This document shows positions 1 to 10,909 of a DNA stretch of 64,000 nt, in pieces. Source of the DNA: an uncultured Nitrososphaerota archaeon (GTDB taxonomy: Archaea; Thermoproteota; Nitrososphaeria; Conexivisphaerales; DTJL01); contig CAWJIE010000002.1 of assembly GCA_963842885.1 (NCBI GenBank), forward strand, positions 160,001 through 224,000, read 5' to 3'. The position numbers and the translations under genes were made by a program. How positions within the stretch are numbered: the stretch's first letter is position 1; each line of letters starts with the position of its first letter. The notes beneath the pieces were generated by a model. The model saw only the letters and a list, made by a program, of their open reading frames with translations. It did no database searches and was not told the DNA's origin.

Positions 1-720
1 TGGTTCGCCAACGCTGTCCGCGGGATGGGCGCCTGGCTGGACCTTGCATGGGTGCCCTGGGTCGCTGGGCGGCCCTGCTTGGCCTGCCTACTGGGCCCTG
101 ATGTCCCCGGAGAGGCACGCCGTACGTCTGAGGGAGATTCTCTCTAATGCAGTTCATCGCCGACATCTCCTGGTGGGCCTTGCGGCTGGGGCCCTCGCCG
201 TCGTGTTGGTCGCTGCCGTGGTCGCCCCCTTCGCACCGTTCATCCAGGGCACAGCCTTCGCCGACATCTCCGGGGTCAGGGACACGGGGCCCACCTGGAA
301 CGCCGGCCTCAGGGCGCCCTTCGAATACCTGGCGCAGGAGCACGCGTCCTTCGGCGGCACCGCCTTCCTGACCTACGCAGCCTACGGCATCGAGTACTAC
401 GCGGGCGTGCCTTCTCTGGACATGAACCAGTCGGCCCAGGTCGCCCCCCTGCAGCCCTACATGCGGGACCCCTCGGCGCTCAGGGCCTTCCTTCTCGACC
501 ACGGGATAAGGTACGCCCTCTTCCCCCTGCAGACCAACACGGCGAGGACGTAGGCCCCAGCGCCTACGAAATGATGTCGAGGACGGCCTTCGGAGGCCTG
601 ATCGAAGGTTCGCTGGTCCTGAAGACCTGGGATGGCTGGGCCCTCTACGACCTTGCGCAGGGTATGAAGCTTGAAAAGAGCGGGTCCCCCGATGGAAAGT
701 CGGCCTGCATCTGTTTATAA
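1..720 (+). CDS. C-terminal part of a membrane protein, probably GT-C fold glycosyltransferase-like (partial, frameshifted near 540)
   Basis: ORF 44..553 has a TM helix followed by a soluble domain (LRAFLLDHGIRYALF). The shifted frame continues ...VLKTWDGWALYDL to a TAA at 718-720. Sits beside glycosyltransferases. Confidence 0.45.
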
Positions 721-753
721 GTGTAAGCCGCTGAGCGTATCCATCGATTCCAG

Positions 754-2691
754 ATGAGGAAGTCGCTCGTCGCCGGCTCGGTATTTCTTATCGTCCTGTT
801 GGTTTCCACCGTGGCCGTATACATGTTCCTGCAGACTGGCACGAGCCTTCCCCCCGCCACCCCCACCACCACCCACGATGAGCTGCAGACGCTGGGCTGG
901 AGGACCCTGGTCAACATCACGAGGGGAGGGGACCCGCCGCCGACTGTGCGGTGGGACAACATCTACGGCGGGACGGGCCCCGACACGGGCCAGTCGGCCG
1001 TGGAGACCAGCGACGGCGGCTTCGTACTGGCCGGCGACACCAACTCCTTCGGGGTGACGTCCCAGCAGGCCTGGCTCGTCAGGACCAACTCCACGGGAGG
1101 GGTCATCTGGAACTACACCTACGGAGGGACCGCGGCGAACTACGTCGAGAAGGTGGTAGCCGCCGGGGACGGGGGTTTCGTCGTGGCTGGCTACACCAAC
1201 TCCACGGCGCCCATCGGATACACGCCCGCTAGGGGGGCGGGCGGCTACGACGGCTGGCTCTTCAAGGTCTCTTCGACGGGCTCCCTGACCTGGGAGAAGC
1301 TCTTCGGCGGCGCTGCGGACGACTTCGTCTACACGTCCAGAAGACGTCCGACGGCGGCTAATCATGGTGGCGGCACTCCTACGGAGCGGGGGGTCCGGGG
1401 ACTCTTGTTCTCATCAAGACGGATTCAGACGGCAACCACAGTGGAGCACGACCTTGGACGGGACGGCGAGCGACGACGTGGCCTATCGCGTCGCCCAGAC
1501 CTCCGACGGCGGCTACATCCTGGCCGGCGAGACCCTGTCCTCGGGCTCCGGCGACATCTATGTCATCAAGACCGACCCAGCGGGAACCGCAGAAGAGCAC
1601 GAGCTTTACGGCGGGGCCGGGGTCGACGCGGCCTACGGGGTCGTCCAGGCCTCCGGCGGGGGCTACATCATCGAGGCCAACACGAAGTCCTTCGGCACGG
1701 GTGCCTCCGAGATATGGATGCTCAAGCTGGACACCTCCCTGACACTGTGCTGGGACTACACCTACGGAGCCGACCTATGACATCTTCGGCTACTCCCTCC
1801 TCCAGTCGGAGGACGGGGGCCTGCTCGTGGCTGGCTCGATCAACTCCAGCCTCGGTACGCAGGACGTCTTCATCATGAAGGCCGACTCTCTGGGTAGCCA
1901 GATCTGGAACATGACCTTCGGCGGGCCGCGGGACGACGTGGCCTACTCCATCGCCGCCACCGGAATCGATGGCTATATCGTGGCGGCGACGACAGACTCG
2001 TTCACCGCCAACAACGCCGCCTGGCTGATAGACCTGGGCAGCGACTTCTTCCTCTATCCCTACGTGCAGAACGGGGTGCTGAACGCCACGATGATAGCGG
2101 GCCTCAGCGAGCCTCACGGTCCGTCCGGCGCCGCCAACTCGCTCGATACGGTGGCCGGCATGGAGGTGGCAGAGGGGATGGGGGCCTTGAAGTCCTCCGG
2201 ATACGGCCAGTACTTCTTGGACACGGACGTCTCTGCCTACAACTACACTTCAGCTGCCGTGACCTACATCTACAACAACCTGACCAACATAATCACGATC
2301 GGCGGCCCCGGCGTCAACCAGGTCACATACAGGTACATCGCTAACCCCTGGTACGCTCCGGTCCATTACGAATTCAACTCGACTTCCGGGAAAGTTCGAC
2401 ATTATATCGCCGACACGGACCTACTATGAGAGCGATTGGGTCAACTCGACGGCCGACCTGGTCGTTCTTGAAAGCATCTTCGTGGCCAGCGAAGGGAGAT
2501 ATGTGATGTACCTGGGCGGCTTCGGTGGCCCGGCGACCAGGGCCGCCTGTCTCATAATGCAACTCCAAGGAAGCGGCCTCCTCCCGTTCACGCTGCAGGG
2601 GAGGGCGATGATCATCCAGTGGGTCGACTCCAATGCCAACGCCAAGGTGGACTCGGGAGACACATTCAAGGTCATTGAAATCGTCCCCTAG
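754..2691 (+). CDS. Secreted/membrane-anchored beta-propeller repeat protein with S-layer-like C-terminal domain (3 frameshifts)
   Basis: N-terminal hydrophobic anchor. Repeats of the form T.DGG(F/Y).LAG.T.SFG...W...(Y/F)GG run across ORFs 754..1878, 1364..1780 and 1827..2429. NIITIGGPGVNQV resembles an S-layer C-terminal motif. Ends in ORF 2482..2691. TTTATAA at 714-720. Confidence 0.7.
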
Positions 2692-2739
2692 GTCTCCCCA
2701 AGACGCTGGAGCCTAGGCCCTACACTTAGACCGGACGCC

Positions 2740-3494
2740 TTACTGCACCAGCCGCACGATGCGCCGGCCCAATGAGAGGAGAGCCCTGGGGGGATGATGC
2801 CTGACGACCAGGTTGCTCACGTCAAGGATGAGCAGCGCCCATCTCCTCTGAAACCTCTGTGAAAGCCCGTTTCCATCGGCCTTCTCACAGATGGTCATTG
2901 TGTCGATAAGCCTCAGGTTCCTGAACCGGCTTGACTTGTATACGACATCGCGGACGGCCCTTGGTACCCCCGGCCATACGCTGTTGACCGTGTCGTGAAT
3001 GGCCATGACCCCCCGTCCACGACCTTCGGGAACCAGAGCTCCACGTCGAGCTTCGCGTCTTCATACTCGTGAGACCCGTCGACGAACACGAATGCCACCC
3101 TGTCCTGGACCTGAGTCGCAGCCTCAGCGGAGGTCATCACATAGGGGACGACCAAGTCTTCGATCCCCGCACGCTTCATGTTTGCCTTGAAGCCCTCGAA
3201 GGTCCCCTGCAGCACAAGTTCTCCGGTGTCGGCTGAGCCACCGCGATGTGGATCGATGGCATAGACCTTGAGGCCTGAGCCCGACCTGGACCCCTTCGCC
3301 AACCAGGTGGTGGACTTCCCCTTCCAGGAGCCGATCTCCACGATGACCCCGGGGGAACGGCATCCTCTGGCCAGGGCGAACAGGGCCTCTCCCTCAGCGT
3401 CGCTCAGCCAGCCCTCGGTCTTGCCGGCGAGCTTCCTTGCCTCTTCCAACAATGGGTCCCTCCCTCGAGGCACGACCGCCATCAGCGAAATCAA
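2740..3494 (-). CDS. Class I SAM-dependent methyltransferase (Methyltransf_24-like), frameshift near 3005
   Basis: EGWLS..E, VEIGSWKGKST, FVFVDGSHEYE, continuing as (M)AIHDT in ORF 2740..3006. Confidence 0.85.
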
Positions 3495-3653
3495 GAATGG
3501 TCGAAACAGAGGACCGTATAAGAGTAACGGGCGACAGGGCAGAGCTCGCCTCCTGAATGTTCTGGAACGCCTGAAGTCAGTTGAATAAGACTCCCAACAG
3601 AAATGTAATTCATTAGGGGTCGTTTAAATGGAGAATCGCAAAGAGGCCTCGGA

Positions 3654-4577
3654 TTGGCCCTAGCCAGCGTATCCGTGGGCATCTGTGCCTACACGGAGCT
3701 GTCCAACACGGTATCGTTGGTAGACCAGATCCTGGCGATAGAGACAAAGGAGTTCCAGCTCCGCGAGGTCATAGTGGCCACGCCCAACCAAGCGCTGGTC
3801 CGGAAGCTCGCCGGCAGAGACGAAAGGCTTCAGGTCGTCTCAGAGGAGCGCAGGGAGGGCAAGGTCGCGGCCTTGAACAAGATCCTCCAGCGTGTGAGGG
3901 GGGACGTAGTGGTATTGGCTTCGGCCGACATAAGGCTGGGCGAAGACTCGCTGCAGAGCCTGGTGCGGCGTCTCCTCGACGACTCGAGGACGGGCGCCGT
4001 CGACTCGCACGTGGAGCTTCTCAACAGGAAAGGGACCCTGATGGACAAGGTGAGCCTCCTCCTGTGGAGGGTCCACAACACGACCCTCGAGGCCCTGGAC
4101 GACGAGGGAAGGCTGGGGCACACGGCCGGCGACCTCCTGGCCTTCAGGAAGGGGCTGGTCGAGAAGATACCCACCATGATCGTCAACGACGACGCCTTCA
4201 TCGCCCTGGCGGTGAAAAAGAGGGGGCTGGCCATCAGGAGGGTACAAGACGCCAAGGTCTGGGTGGCAGGCCCACGGACACCCGCCGACTATGTATTTCA
4301 GAGAAGCCGGATCCTGGGCGGGCACCTCCAGCTCGTGAGGAAGGAGAAGACCATCCCTACGACCTTCGAGTTCACCCTCCCGTCGTCACCCTTCAGGAAC
4401 ATGAAGCTCCTGATGAGGACCATCGCCACGATGGGCGCCTCCTACGTCTTCGTGTTCGGAACGGCCGTGCTCTTGGAGTTCAACAGCCTCATGCTCGCCA
4501 TCTGGCACCAAGCTAGAGGGAAGGACGAAACGCGCTGGAGGACAGTCACCTCCACGAAGGAGCTCGACGGGATATGA
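3654..4577 (+). CDS. Glycosyltransferase family 2
   Basis: VSVGICAY, REGKVAALN, SAD (DxD-like), NDDAFIA, QRSRI motifs. Confidence 0.85.
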   Translation: MALASVSVGICAYTELSNTVSLVDQILAIETKEFQLREVIVATPNQALVRKLAGRDERLQVVSEERREGKVAALNKILQRVRGDVVVLASADIRLGEDSLQSLVRRLLDDSRTGAVDSHVELLNRKGTLMDKVSLLLWRVHNTTLEALDDEGRLGHTAGDLLAFRKGLVEKIPTMIVNDDAFIALAVKKRGLAIRRVQDAKVWVAGPRTPADYVFQRSRILGGHLQLVRKEKTIPTTFEFTLPSSPFRNMKLLMRTIATMGASYVFVFGTAVLLEFNSLMLAIWHQARGKDETRWRTVTSTKELDGI

Positions 4578-4773
4578 GCGGCGGAAAGCGCGTGGACTTC
4601 ACTCGCGAGTCAGGATTAAATACTGAATCGCCGACCTCCGTCCGTAGCCTCTTGATGTCAGCTCGGACAGTCGTCGGTTCGATGGTCGCGGCCCTCTGGA
4701 TGCGGCTCTCGGGGCTCTTCGCCCCCGCCTCCAGCATCCGCCTTTTCCTCGCCGGAAGGGCCTGGCCCGAGAA

Positions 4774-6252
4774 ATGGGCTCCGTCGATGAGCCCCTGGGG
4801 TCGCCGGAGGGGATCCCGCCATGGGTCATAGCCTTGCTGGTCCTCCTCCTGGTGGCGGCCATCATTGTCTTGGCCATATCTGTTTCTCGTCCCGCCCGGT
4901 CCGCCGCCGTACACCTAGGCGCCGTCCGCTGGGGAGACTTTGGCCACAGGGCTCTTGGGACAGGGGAAAAGAGGCCCTCTCATCCGCTGCCGAAGTGGCT
5001 CCTGATCGGCTTGGCGGCCAGGCTGCTAATAGCTCCCTTCCTCGGCCACTACTACGACGACAGCGCCTTCATGGTGGTGGGGGCCGCCGTGGCCCACGGC
5101 CTGTCGCCCTACGGCATATACAAGGTCTGGGATTATTTCCCCAACATCAACTACCTGCTCTACGGCAACCTCCAGGGATACTCCTACGGTGTGGGGTACC
5201 CCCCGTTCTGGGGTCTGCTCCTGGGCGGTCTCTACTCCACATCATATGCGCTGACGCACAACCTCTATGTCTATAACCTCGCCCTGAAGCTCCCCATCAT
5301 AGCGGGGGACCTGGCCTTCGCCCTCCTCCTCCAGAAGGTCGTGCTGAGGGTCACCGGTGACGCGGGGACGGGGAGGAAGGCAGCGGCCATCTGGTTCCTC
5401 AACCCGTTCGTCATGATCGTAGGGGTCGTCTGGGGCCAGTTCGACGTCCTCCCCCTCACGTTCATACTGGCCTCCCTGTACCTCCTCTACATCGGCCGCT
5501 GGAAGTGGTCGGCCGTAGCCCTGGCCTTGGCCAACGAGTTCAAGCCCATAGGCCTCGTCCTGGTGCCCATCCTCTTCGTATACGCCTGGAGGGTGAAGTC
5601 GCTGAGGAGGGCGTTCTACTTCTCGTTCCTCACGCTGGGCGTCTTCGTCGGAATCACATACTCGATAATCCTAGGGCTGGGCTGGCCCCTGAGCAACTTT
5701 ACCGCGTGCCAGACCTACCAGGTGTCGGGGGTACTGGGGGGAGGAAGCCTGTACCTTCCCTACGTGGCGTATTACTTCTTCGTCCATGGCGTCGACCCGA
5801 CCTACTTCACCCCCATCCTAGGGATATTGTGGCTCCCCGCCATCGCGGTCGTCATGCTCGCGTACATGTATCGCGAGAAGAGGGCCACGTTCACCTCTCT
5901 CCGTTTTCTGGAGCATCCTCAGCGTCGCGGTCAGCTACGCACCAGGACATTCATTGACGAAACCCAGTTCATCATCCCGATCTCCCTAGTGCTGGTCTTC
6001 GCCGTCTGCCTGAAGCCCCCATCCCACAGGGAGTTCCTCATCCTGACGGGAATCATGACCGCGTTCGTGCTGGTGCACTTCCCTCCGGTCTACTTCGATT
6101 GGATAGGCTACTCGCAGGCGGTGAACGCGGCCGAAGCCTTCACGGAGTCGCCGTTCTGGGGGGAGGTGCGCTGGGTTGTGACCTCTCTCCTGATCTACGC
6201 CTACACCTTCCATCTGAGCAGGTACCTGTGGAGGGCCAGAGGGTCTCCTTGA
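4774..6252 (+). CDS. Polytopic GT-C glycosyltransferase (GT87/DUF2029/PIG-M-like)
   Basis: HYYDD, YPP, LKLPII.GDL, WFLNP, WGQFD and KP motifs, with many TM helices. Confidence 0.75.
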   Translation: MGSVDEPLGSPEGIPPWVIALLVLLLVAAIIVLAISVSRPARSAAVHLGAVRWGDFGHRALGTGEKRPSHPLPKWLLIGLAARLLIAPFLGHYYDDSAFMVVGAAVAHGLSPYGIYKVWDYFPNINYLLYGNLQGYSYGVGYPPFWGLLLGGLYSTSYALTHNLYVYNLALKLPIIAGDLAFALLLQKVVLRVTGDAGTGRKAAAIWFLNPFVMIVGVVWGQFDVLPLTFILASLYLLYIGRWKWSAVALALANEFKPIGLVLVPILFVYAWRVKSLRRAFYFSFLTLGVFVGITYSIILGLGWPLSNFTACQTYQVSGVLGGGSLYLPYVAYYFFVHGVDPTYFTPILGILWLPAIAVVMLAYMYREKRATFTSLRFLEHPQRRGQLRTRTFIDETQFIIPISLVLVFAVCLKPPSHREFLILTGIMTAFVLVHFPPVYFDWIGYSQAVNAAEAFTESPFWGEVRWVVTSLLIYAYTFHLSRYLWRARGSP

Positions 6253-7276
6253 AGGTCCTCCAGCTGTCGACCTGGTATCAACCAACCCTTGGCGGGATCG
6301 AACTTCACGTGAAGAGGCTGACGGAGGAGCTCAGGAAGCTGGGGTGCGAGGTGGAAGTCATGACTCTGACCCCCGACGCTGTTGCCGCGACCTCATTCTC
6401 CCATGCGACTATCCCCGGCGTCCCCCTGGGCTTCGGCATCGTCCCATCCCCAGGCCTCTATCGGGCCGCACTCAGGGAGGACGCGGACGTAGTGCACGCC
6501 CAAGGATACGGGTGGCCCATGAGCTGGGTGGGGTACGCAGCAAGGAAGCTGGGCCACAGGCCCCTCGTTTTCACGACTCACTCCAGCCCCTACACTCCCA
6601 TCTATCCACTCTCATCGATCTCTGCAGGGCCGTGCCCGTCAGGGCGTCGGATGCAGTCATCGTCACCACCGACCAGGAGGCCGAGAGGGTGAGGAGGTTG
6701 GGGGTAAACGGAGAACAGGATCACGGTCCTGCCAAATGGAGTTGACCGCCCAATGCCCGCCCCTAGACATGGAAGGACCCGTACATACTCTGTATTGGGA
6801 GGATGGAGTTCCGCAGCAAGGGACAGGACCTCCTGCTGAAGGCGTTCGAAAGAGGGGCCTTCGAGCAGACCTTGGTGTACGCCGGAGACGGCCCCGACCT
6901 CGGCGCGCTGAAAGAGATGTCCGCGGGGAAGTGGAATGTCGTTGTCCTCGGGGCCGTGGACGAAGCGAAAAAAGCGTCTCTTCTTTCCAACGCGGACCTC
7001 GTGGTGATGCCCAGCAGGGTGGAGCCCTTCGGCATAGTGGGCCTCGAAGCCGTCTCCTACGGGCGGCGCATAGTGGCCACAAAAGTGGGAGGCCTCCAGC
7101 ACATAATGGAGCCATACGCCGTCCTAGCCGAGCCGGACGAAGCCGACATCGCACGCGCAATGAAGGCTTCGCTGAGCGGGGAGCCCATCCAGCCTACGAT
7201 GGACTTCTTTGAACGATACTCCTGGAAGAGCATAGCCGCCCGGACACTGGAGATCTATCGGAAAATTGCTAGATAG
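6249..7276 (+). CDS. Glycosyltransferase family 4 (several frameshifts, 6610-6800)
   Basis: TTG start overlaps the upstream stop. YQPTLGGIELHV, DVVHAQ, PNGVD, KGQDLL, PSRVEPFGIVGLEA, YSW motifs spread over three frames. Confidence 0.85.
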
Positions 7277-7383
7277 TGCGACAGTCCGGCATGCCGTCGC
7301 CCAGAGGTTCCTACCGCTTGAGAAGATCCTGGTGGTGGAGCTGCACAGATAGGCGACCTTCGTAGAGTCGCCCAGCCCCGACA

Positions 7384-7911
7384 TCACCTGTCCGTCAGGC
7401 GAATCAGGCAAAGGAACGAGAGGAAACCCAGGGCCACGAGAAGGCTCACGAGGTCCCTGACATTCAGGAGGTCGAGCCTGGCTACGAAGAACGGCATGTC
7501 CACATAGTCCCTATTCAGCACGAGGACGGCGTTCATGGCGTCCTGAGCCAGCCAGAGCCCAGAGGTAAGGAGGGCGAAGCCGAAGATGGAGGCAAGGACC
7601 CGGCTGACGGTCAATCGGAAGGGCTTCCACTGGGCGGCTTCGAAGACAACCAGGCCCACGTATGAGAGCCAAAGGAGCGTGTACGCCAGGTCGTGATAGG
7701 TCCAGACATCGGTGCGCATCCCCCCGAAGGGCAGGTCGACGAAGTTCCGCCCCAGGGAAACGACCGAGTCCAGGGTCTGCTGGAGCGCCCAGAAGCCCAA
7801 CGCGAAAAGAAGAAAAATCAGGCCGGCGGCGAACAGGTTCTTGATGATCGCCATGCCCCTTCCCGTAAGTATCCCCTGTTCGGCCGCGTTTGCGGAAGGC
7901 GATTCGCTCAA
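7384..7911 (-). CDS. Four-TM membrane protein with internal two-fold repeat
   Basis: Hydrophobic helices. Repeat WALQQ...RNFVDLPF...HDL versus WLAQD...RDYVDMPF...RDL. Confidence 0.65.
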   Translation of the reverse strand: MSESPSANAAEQGILTGRGMAIIKNLFAAGLIFLLFALGFWALQQTLDSVVSLGRNFVDLPFGGMRTDVWTYHDLAYTLLWLSYVGLVVFEAAQWKPFRLTVSRVLASIFGFALLTSGLWLAQDAMNAVLVLNRDYVDMPFFVARLDLLNVRDLVSLLVALGFLSFLCLIRLTDR

Positions 7912-8031
7912 CGCTCCGACACCTCTTACGTTGCTTGCTGCACCGCTTTCAACGCAGGGAATCTAGCCCGTTCAATCCCAGAAGGAGAAGGCATGCAATG
8001 GCTACATTGAACATGGTCTCTCGGCCGGCCT

Positions 8032-8517
8032 TTAACCATTATGCACCGGGAGGATGTTGGGCTCGTCTTTGGGACCGATGTCGTGAACCTGCTCTGTCCC
8101 TTGGTCTTTTGACGCCTCTCCGTTCCCCTGCTCTTGGGCTTCGGGTGTCGGTGAGGGTGTCGAGGGTGTCGGTGAGGGTGTCGGCTCTTGGGCAGGCTGG
8201 GTGTCGGAGGGTTTCGCTGTGGTTTCCTTGCTTGACTCTTGGGCTGCTGGTGTGGAGGCTGGTGTGGAAGGTGTGGAAGGGTGTGTGGAAGACTGTGCAG
8301 GGTGTGTGCGCGGCGTGGAATCCTGTGGAATCTCCACACCGCTTGATGTGGAACTCACCTTATCGCTATCTGATGGCGGCGTTATGTTGCTCAATAGCCA
8401 CCGAGCATTACCACTTGAAGGGGTGGTATAGGGCCATCTGTGATGGTCCAGGGCCTTGCACACTTTTTCACAGTGAGCCGCACGTTTTATCACACACAAA
8501 CAACACTTTGACCCCAC
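8032..8517 (-). CDS. Hypothetical Ser/Thr/Pro-rich low-complexity protein (start uncertain)
   Basis: STPSTP/PTPS linker. The C-terminal motif QGTEQVHDIGP is shared with ORF 14547..14759. Confidence 0.4.
   Translation of the reverse strand: MGSKCCLCVIKRAAHCEKVCKALDHHRWPYTTPSSGNARWLLSNITPPSDSDKVSSTSSGVEIPQDSTPRTHPAQSSTHPSTPSTPASTPAAQESSKETTAKPSDTQPAQEPTPSPTPSTPSPTPEAQEQGNGEASKDQGTEQVHDIGPKDEPNILPVHNG
8143..8330. repeat. Short imperfect repeats GGGTGTCG (about 5 copies) and GTGTGGA/GTGGAA (about 6 copies)
   Basis: Directly visible, e.g. gggtgtcggtgagggtgtcgagggtgtcggtgagggtgtcgg and ggtgtggaaggtgtggaagggtgtgtggaa. Confidence 0.75.
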
Positions 8518-8772
8518 ATGGTAGCCTGCTGGCGTGCAGAGGTGGTGGAGAAAACAGGCTAATGACGGACAGAAGAATTGGTCTGCTGGTGGTCTGGTGG
8601 GCCTCCAGCCGAGTCGAGGAGGGTGTCAAAAGGTGTCGGGCCGTGCGGACCTTGTGCCGGCGTGATCGCCCAGGAGACGCCCAACACTAACAAGACGGTT
8701 TGACCGATGGAAGGAGGAATCCGTCGGCCAGGTGCATCAGCAGGACTAGTCAGTAGTGGAGGTGGGCGACTG

Positions 8773-9090
8773 ATGGAGGAACCTGGGCTGGAAAGACCGA
8801 AGGGCATCATCGAAACGCTGGCCGAACAACTAAGCCACGACTTTCAGGTGAGGGGACCATACGACGACTTCGTGAGGGCCATCACAGCGAAGGACGGGAT
8901 CGAAGCGGCTTGGTCGGCCACCTATGTCCACACCCCACAGCTCACAGCCATCCGAGAGCAGGCCCAGAAGGACTTCGAGACGAAGAAGCTGGCACTTCAG
9001 AAGGCAATAGCCGCATACCTTCCTTGTGCGCTGGCCTACCAACTTGAGAAGGCCGCCTGGGGTCAGGCGAGGGTGAAGAAGAATGGGTGA
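8773..9090 (+). CDS. Hypothetical helical protein
   Basis: ORF 8707..9090. Likely start MEEPG after a GGTGGG purine run. Normal codon usage. Confidence 0.45.
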   Translation: MEEPGLERPKGIIETLAEQLSHDFQVRGPYDDFVRAITAKDGIEAAWSATYVHTPQLTAIREQAQKDFETKKLALQKAIAAYLPCALAYQLEKAAWGQARVKKNG

Positions 9091-9287
9091 ATACGGCTTC
9101 CTCATCTCGGAGAAGTGGTCCTCCTTCCTCTTCGAGGCCTCCAACTTCGGCCATATCTCTTGCTCCTTCGTCCATCTCGGGAAGATAGTAAGCGTGGAGT
9201 TCATCGGCGACAACTGCCGCGAGAACACCGAAGAATGACAGATATACAAGCGACGGGGACGTCCCCCAGCTGGAGACGCAGAGAGAA

Positions 9288-9863
9288 TTGTCGGCGCCCA
9301 AGCAGGAGAAACCCTACCCAGCGAGCCTGGCCTTCCTCCTGAACAACCCCATCAAGAGATGGATTCAGCCGCCCTCCGGGCTCCTGGACATGCTGGAGAT
9401 CAAGCCCACCGATACCGTGGTCGACTTCGGCTGCGGACCGGGGTTCTATACGCTCGGGATCGCCCAGAGGGCTAGGTCGGCGGTGGCGGTGGATATTTCG
9501 CCTGAGATGCTGGGGAAGGTCCAGGACGCCGCGACGAGGGCCGGCGCCACCAACATCCAGTTCATTCAGAGCGACGGCAGGAGGCTCCAGCTGGGGGACC
9601 GGTCGACGGACAAGGTGCTCCTCGTGAAGGTCTACCATGAGGTTCAGGAGCACGAGGCGGTCCTGAGGGAGTTCGGCAGGGTCCTCAGGCCCGAGGGGAG
9701 GCTCATCCTGGTGGAGAGGGTGAAAAAGGGCCTCCTCCCCGGGCCTCCCGTTCAGGACCCTGACGCACTGAAGGAGGAGGTCGAATCGTCCGGATTGTTC
9801 AGGCTACAGAACGCCCTGCCCCGCGGCGCTCTTTCCGTCCTCATCTTTGGGAAGAGCGTGTAA
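9288..9863 (+). CDS. Class I SAM-dependent methyltransferase (UbiE/Methyltransf_11-like)
   Basis: VVDFGCGPG, AVDISPEML, YHE, RVLRPEGRL. Confidence 0.9.
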   Translation: MSAPKQEKPYPASLAFLLNNPIKRWIQPPSGLLDMLEIKPTDTVVDFGCGPGFYTLGIAQRARSAVAVDISPEMLGKVQDAATRAGATNIQFIQSDGRRLQLGDRSTDKVLLVKVYHEVQEHEAVLREFGRVLRPEGRLILVERVKKGLLPGPPVQDPDALKEEVESSGLFRLQNALPRGALSVLIFGKSV

Positions 9864-10078
9864 GGCGCTCCTAGCCCACTCCGGCGGCAGGACGATAGGG
9901 CTCACTCGAGGAGTTACAGGAGGCGCGTAACGTTCACTTCAGGGCAGGAAGGCCTGCCTAGCGGCTGAAGCAAGAACAAACCGTCTCCGATCATACGGAA
10001 GTTGTCTATGGAGGAGCTCTTGATGGTGTTGCCGTAGCCCAAGCAGCAAGGAAGGGCTCCCGTTCACCCCCTAGTTGG

Positions 10079-10908
10079 CCTAGTCGCCGGGAGCCTGGCC
10101 CGAGTCGAAGATGGGGCAGAATGCGGCGACCTCCCCCTTCGAGCCTTCGATGGCCACCGCGGTGGAGCCGTCCCCGGCATGTCACGCTGCTGAGCTTCCA
10201 CCCCTGCTCCAGCCCTCCGCCATGGACCCAGTCGGCGACGGCCTTGAGCCGTTCGTCCTTCAACTCCTCGCCGCCGAGCGAGCCCGCGTACCTGACCGCC
10301 AGCTCCACCTTCCTGAAGAGCTCCTCAGGGAGCTCCCCGACCAGGACCCTCTGCGCCAGCGCGCCCAGGAGCTCCTCCCTCCTCTTCTCCTCCTTGGCCC
10401 TCGTTTCGTAGCTGGCCAGGTAGAAGAGGGTGATGAAGGCCACTATGGCCACGAGGCCCTGGGGGGACCTGACGAAGAGGAGCACATAGCCCGCCCACGG
10501 TATGACCAGGGCGGGCACCCCGAGGACCTGGTCGGCTTGGACCGCGTTCGGGTCGTTCAACAGGTTGTTGTCGCCCTTCGTCTGGTAGGACAGCTGGCCG
10601 TCGGACCCGGCCTGGACTCCGACGATCCTGTGGATGACGACGGGCTTCAGCAGCGAGTCGAGCGCCCCGATCCCCGTGCCTGATTGCACGAACACGATGA
10701 TGGAGCCGTTGGCTATGGAATGAGGCGCACCCCTGAAGAGGACGAGGTCGCCGTTCTGAAGGGTGGGGTACATGGAGGTCCCTTCGACGATGGCGAAGGG
10801 GTAGGTCGACGTCCCCATGACGACGGGGAGGACGGCCAGAAACACGAGGACGGCGACCGTAACTATGATCTCGACGTTCCTCTTCTTCAGGAAATCCTGT
10901 CTCTTCAA
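10079..10908 (-). CDS. Signal peptidase I, archaeal/ER type (Sec11/SipW-like) with C-terminal extension; frameshift near 10172
   Basis: Catalytic Ser in GTSMYPTL..GDLV, His in VIHRIV, TKGDNN..D. The shifted frame ends GSTAVAIEGSKGEVAAFCPIFDSGQAPGD*. Confidence 0.9.
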
Positions 10909-10909
10909 C

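Noticed and set aside
7940-7985. GTTCAATCCC resembling a tRNA T-arm or att site
   Set aside because: No T-stem pairing, cloverleaf or second copy, and no integrase in the window.
8830-9301. Minus-strand ORFs 8830..9249 and 8942..9301 as a possible frameshifted membrane protein
   Set aside because: No recognisable family, no clear start, and they conflict with plus-strand ORFs.
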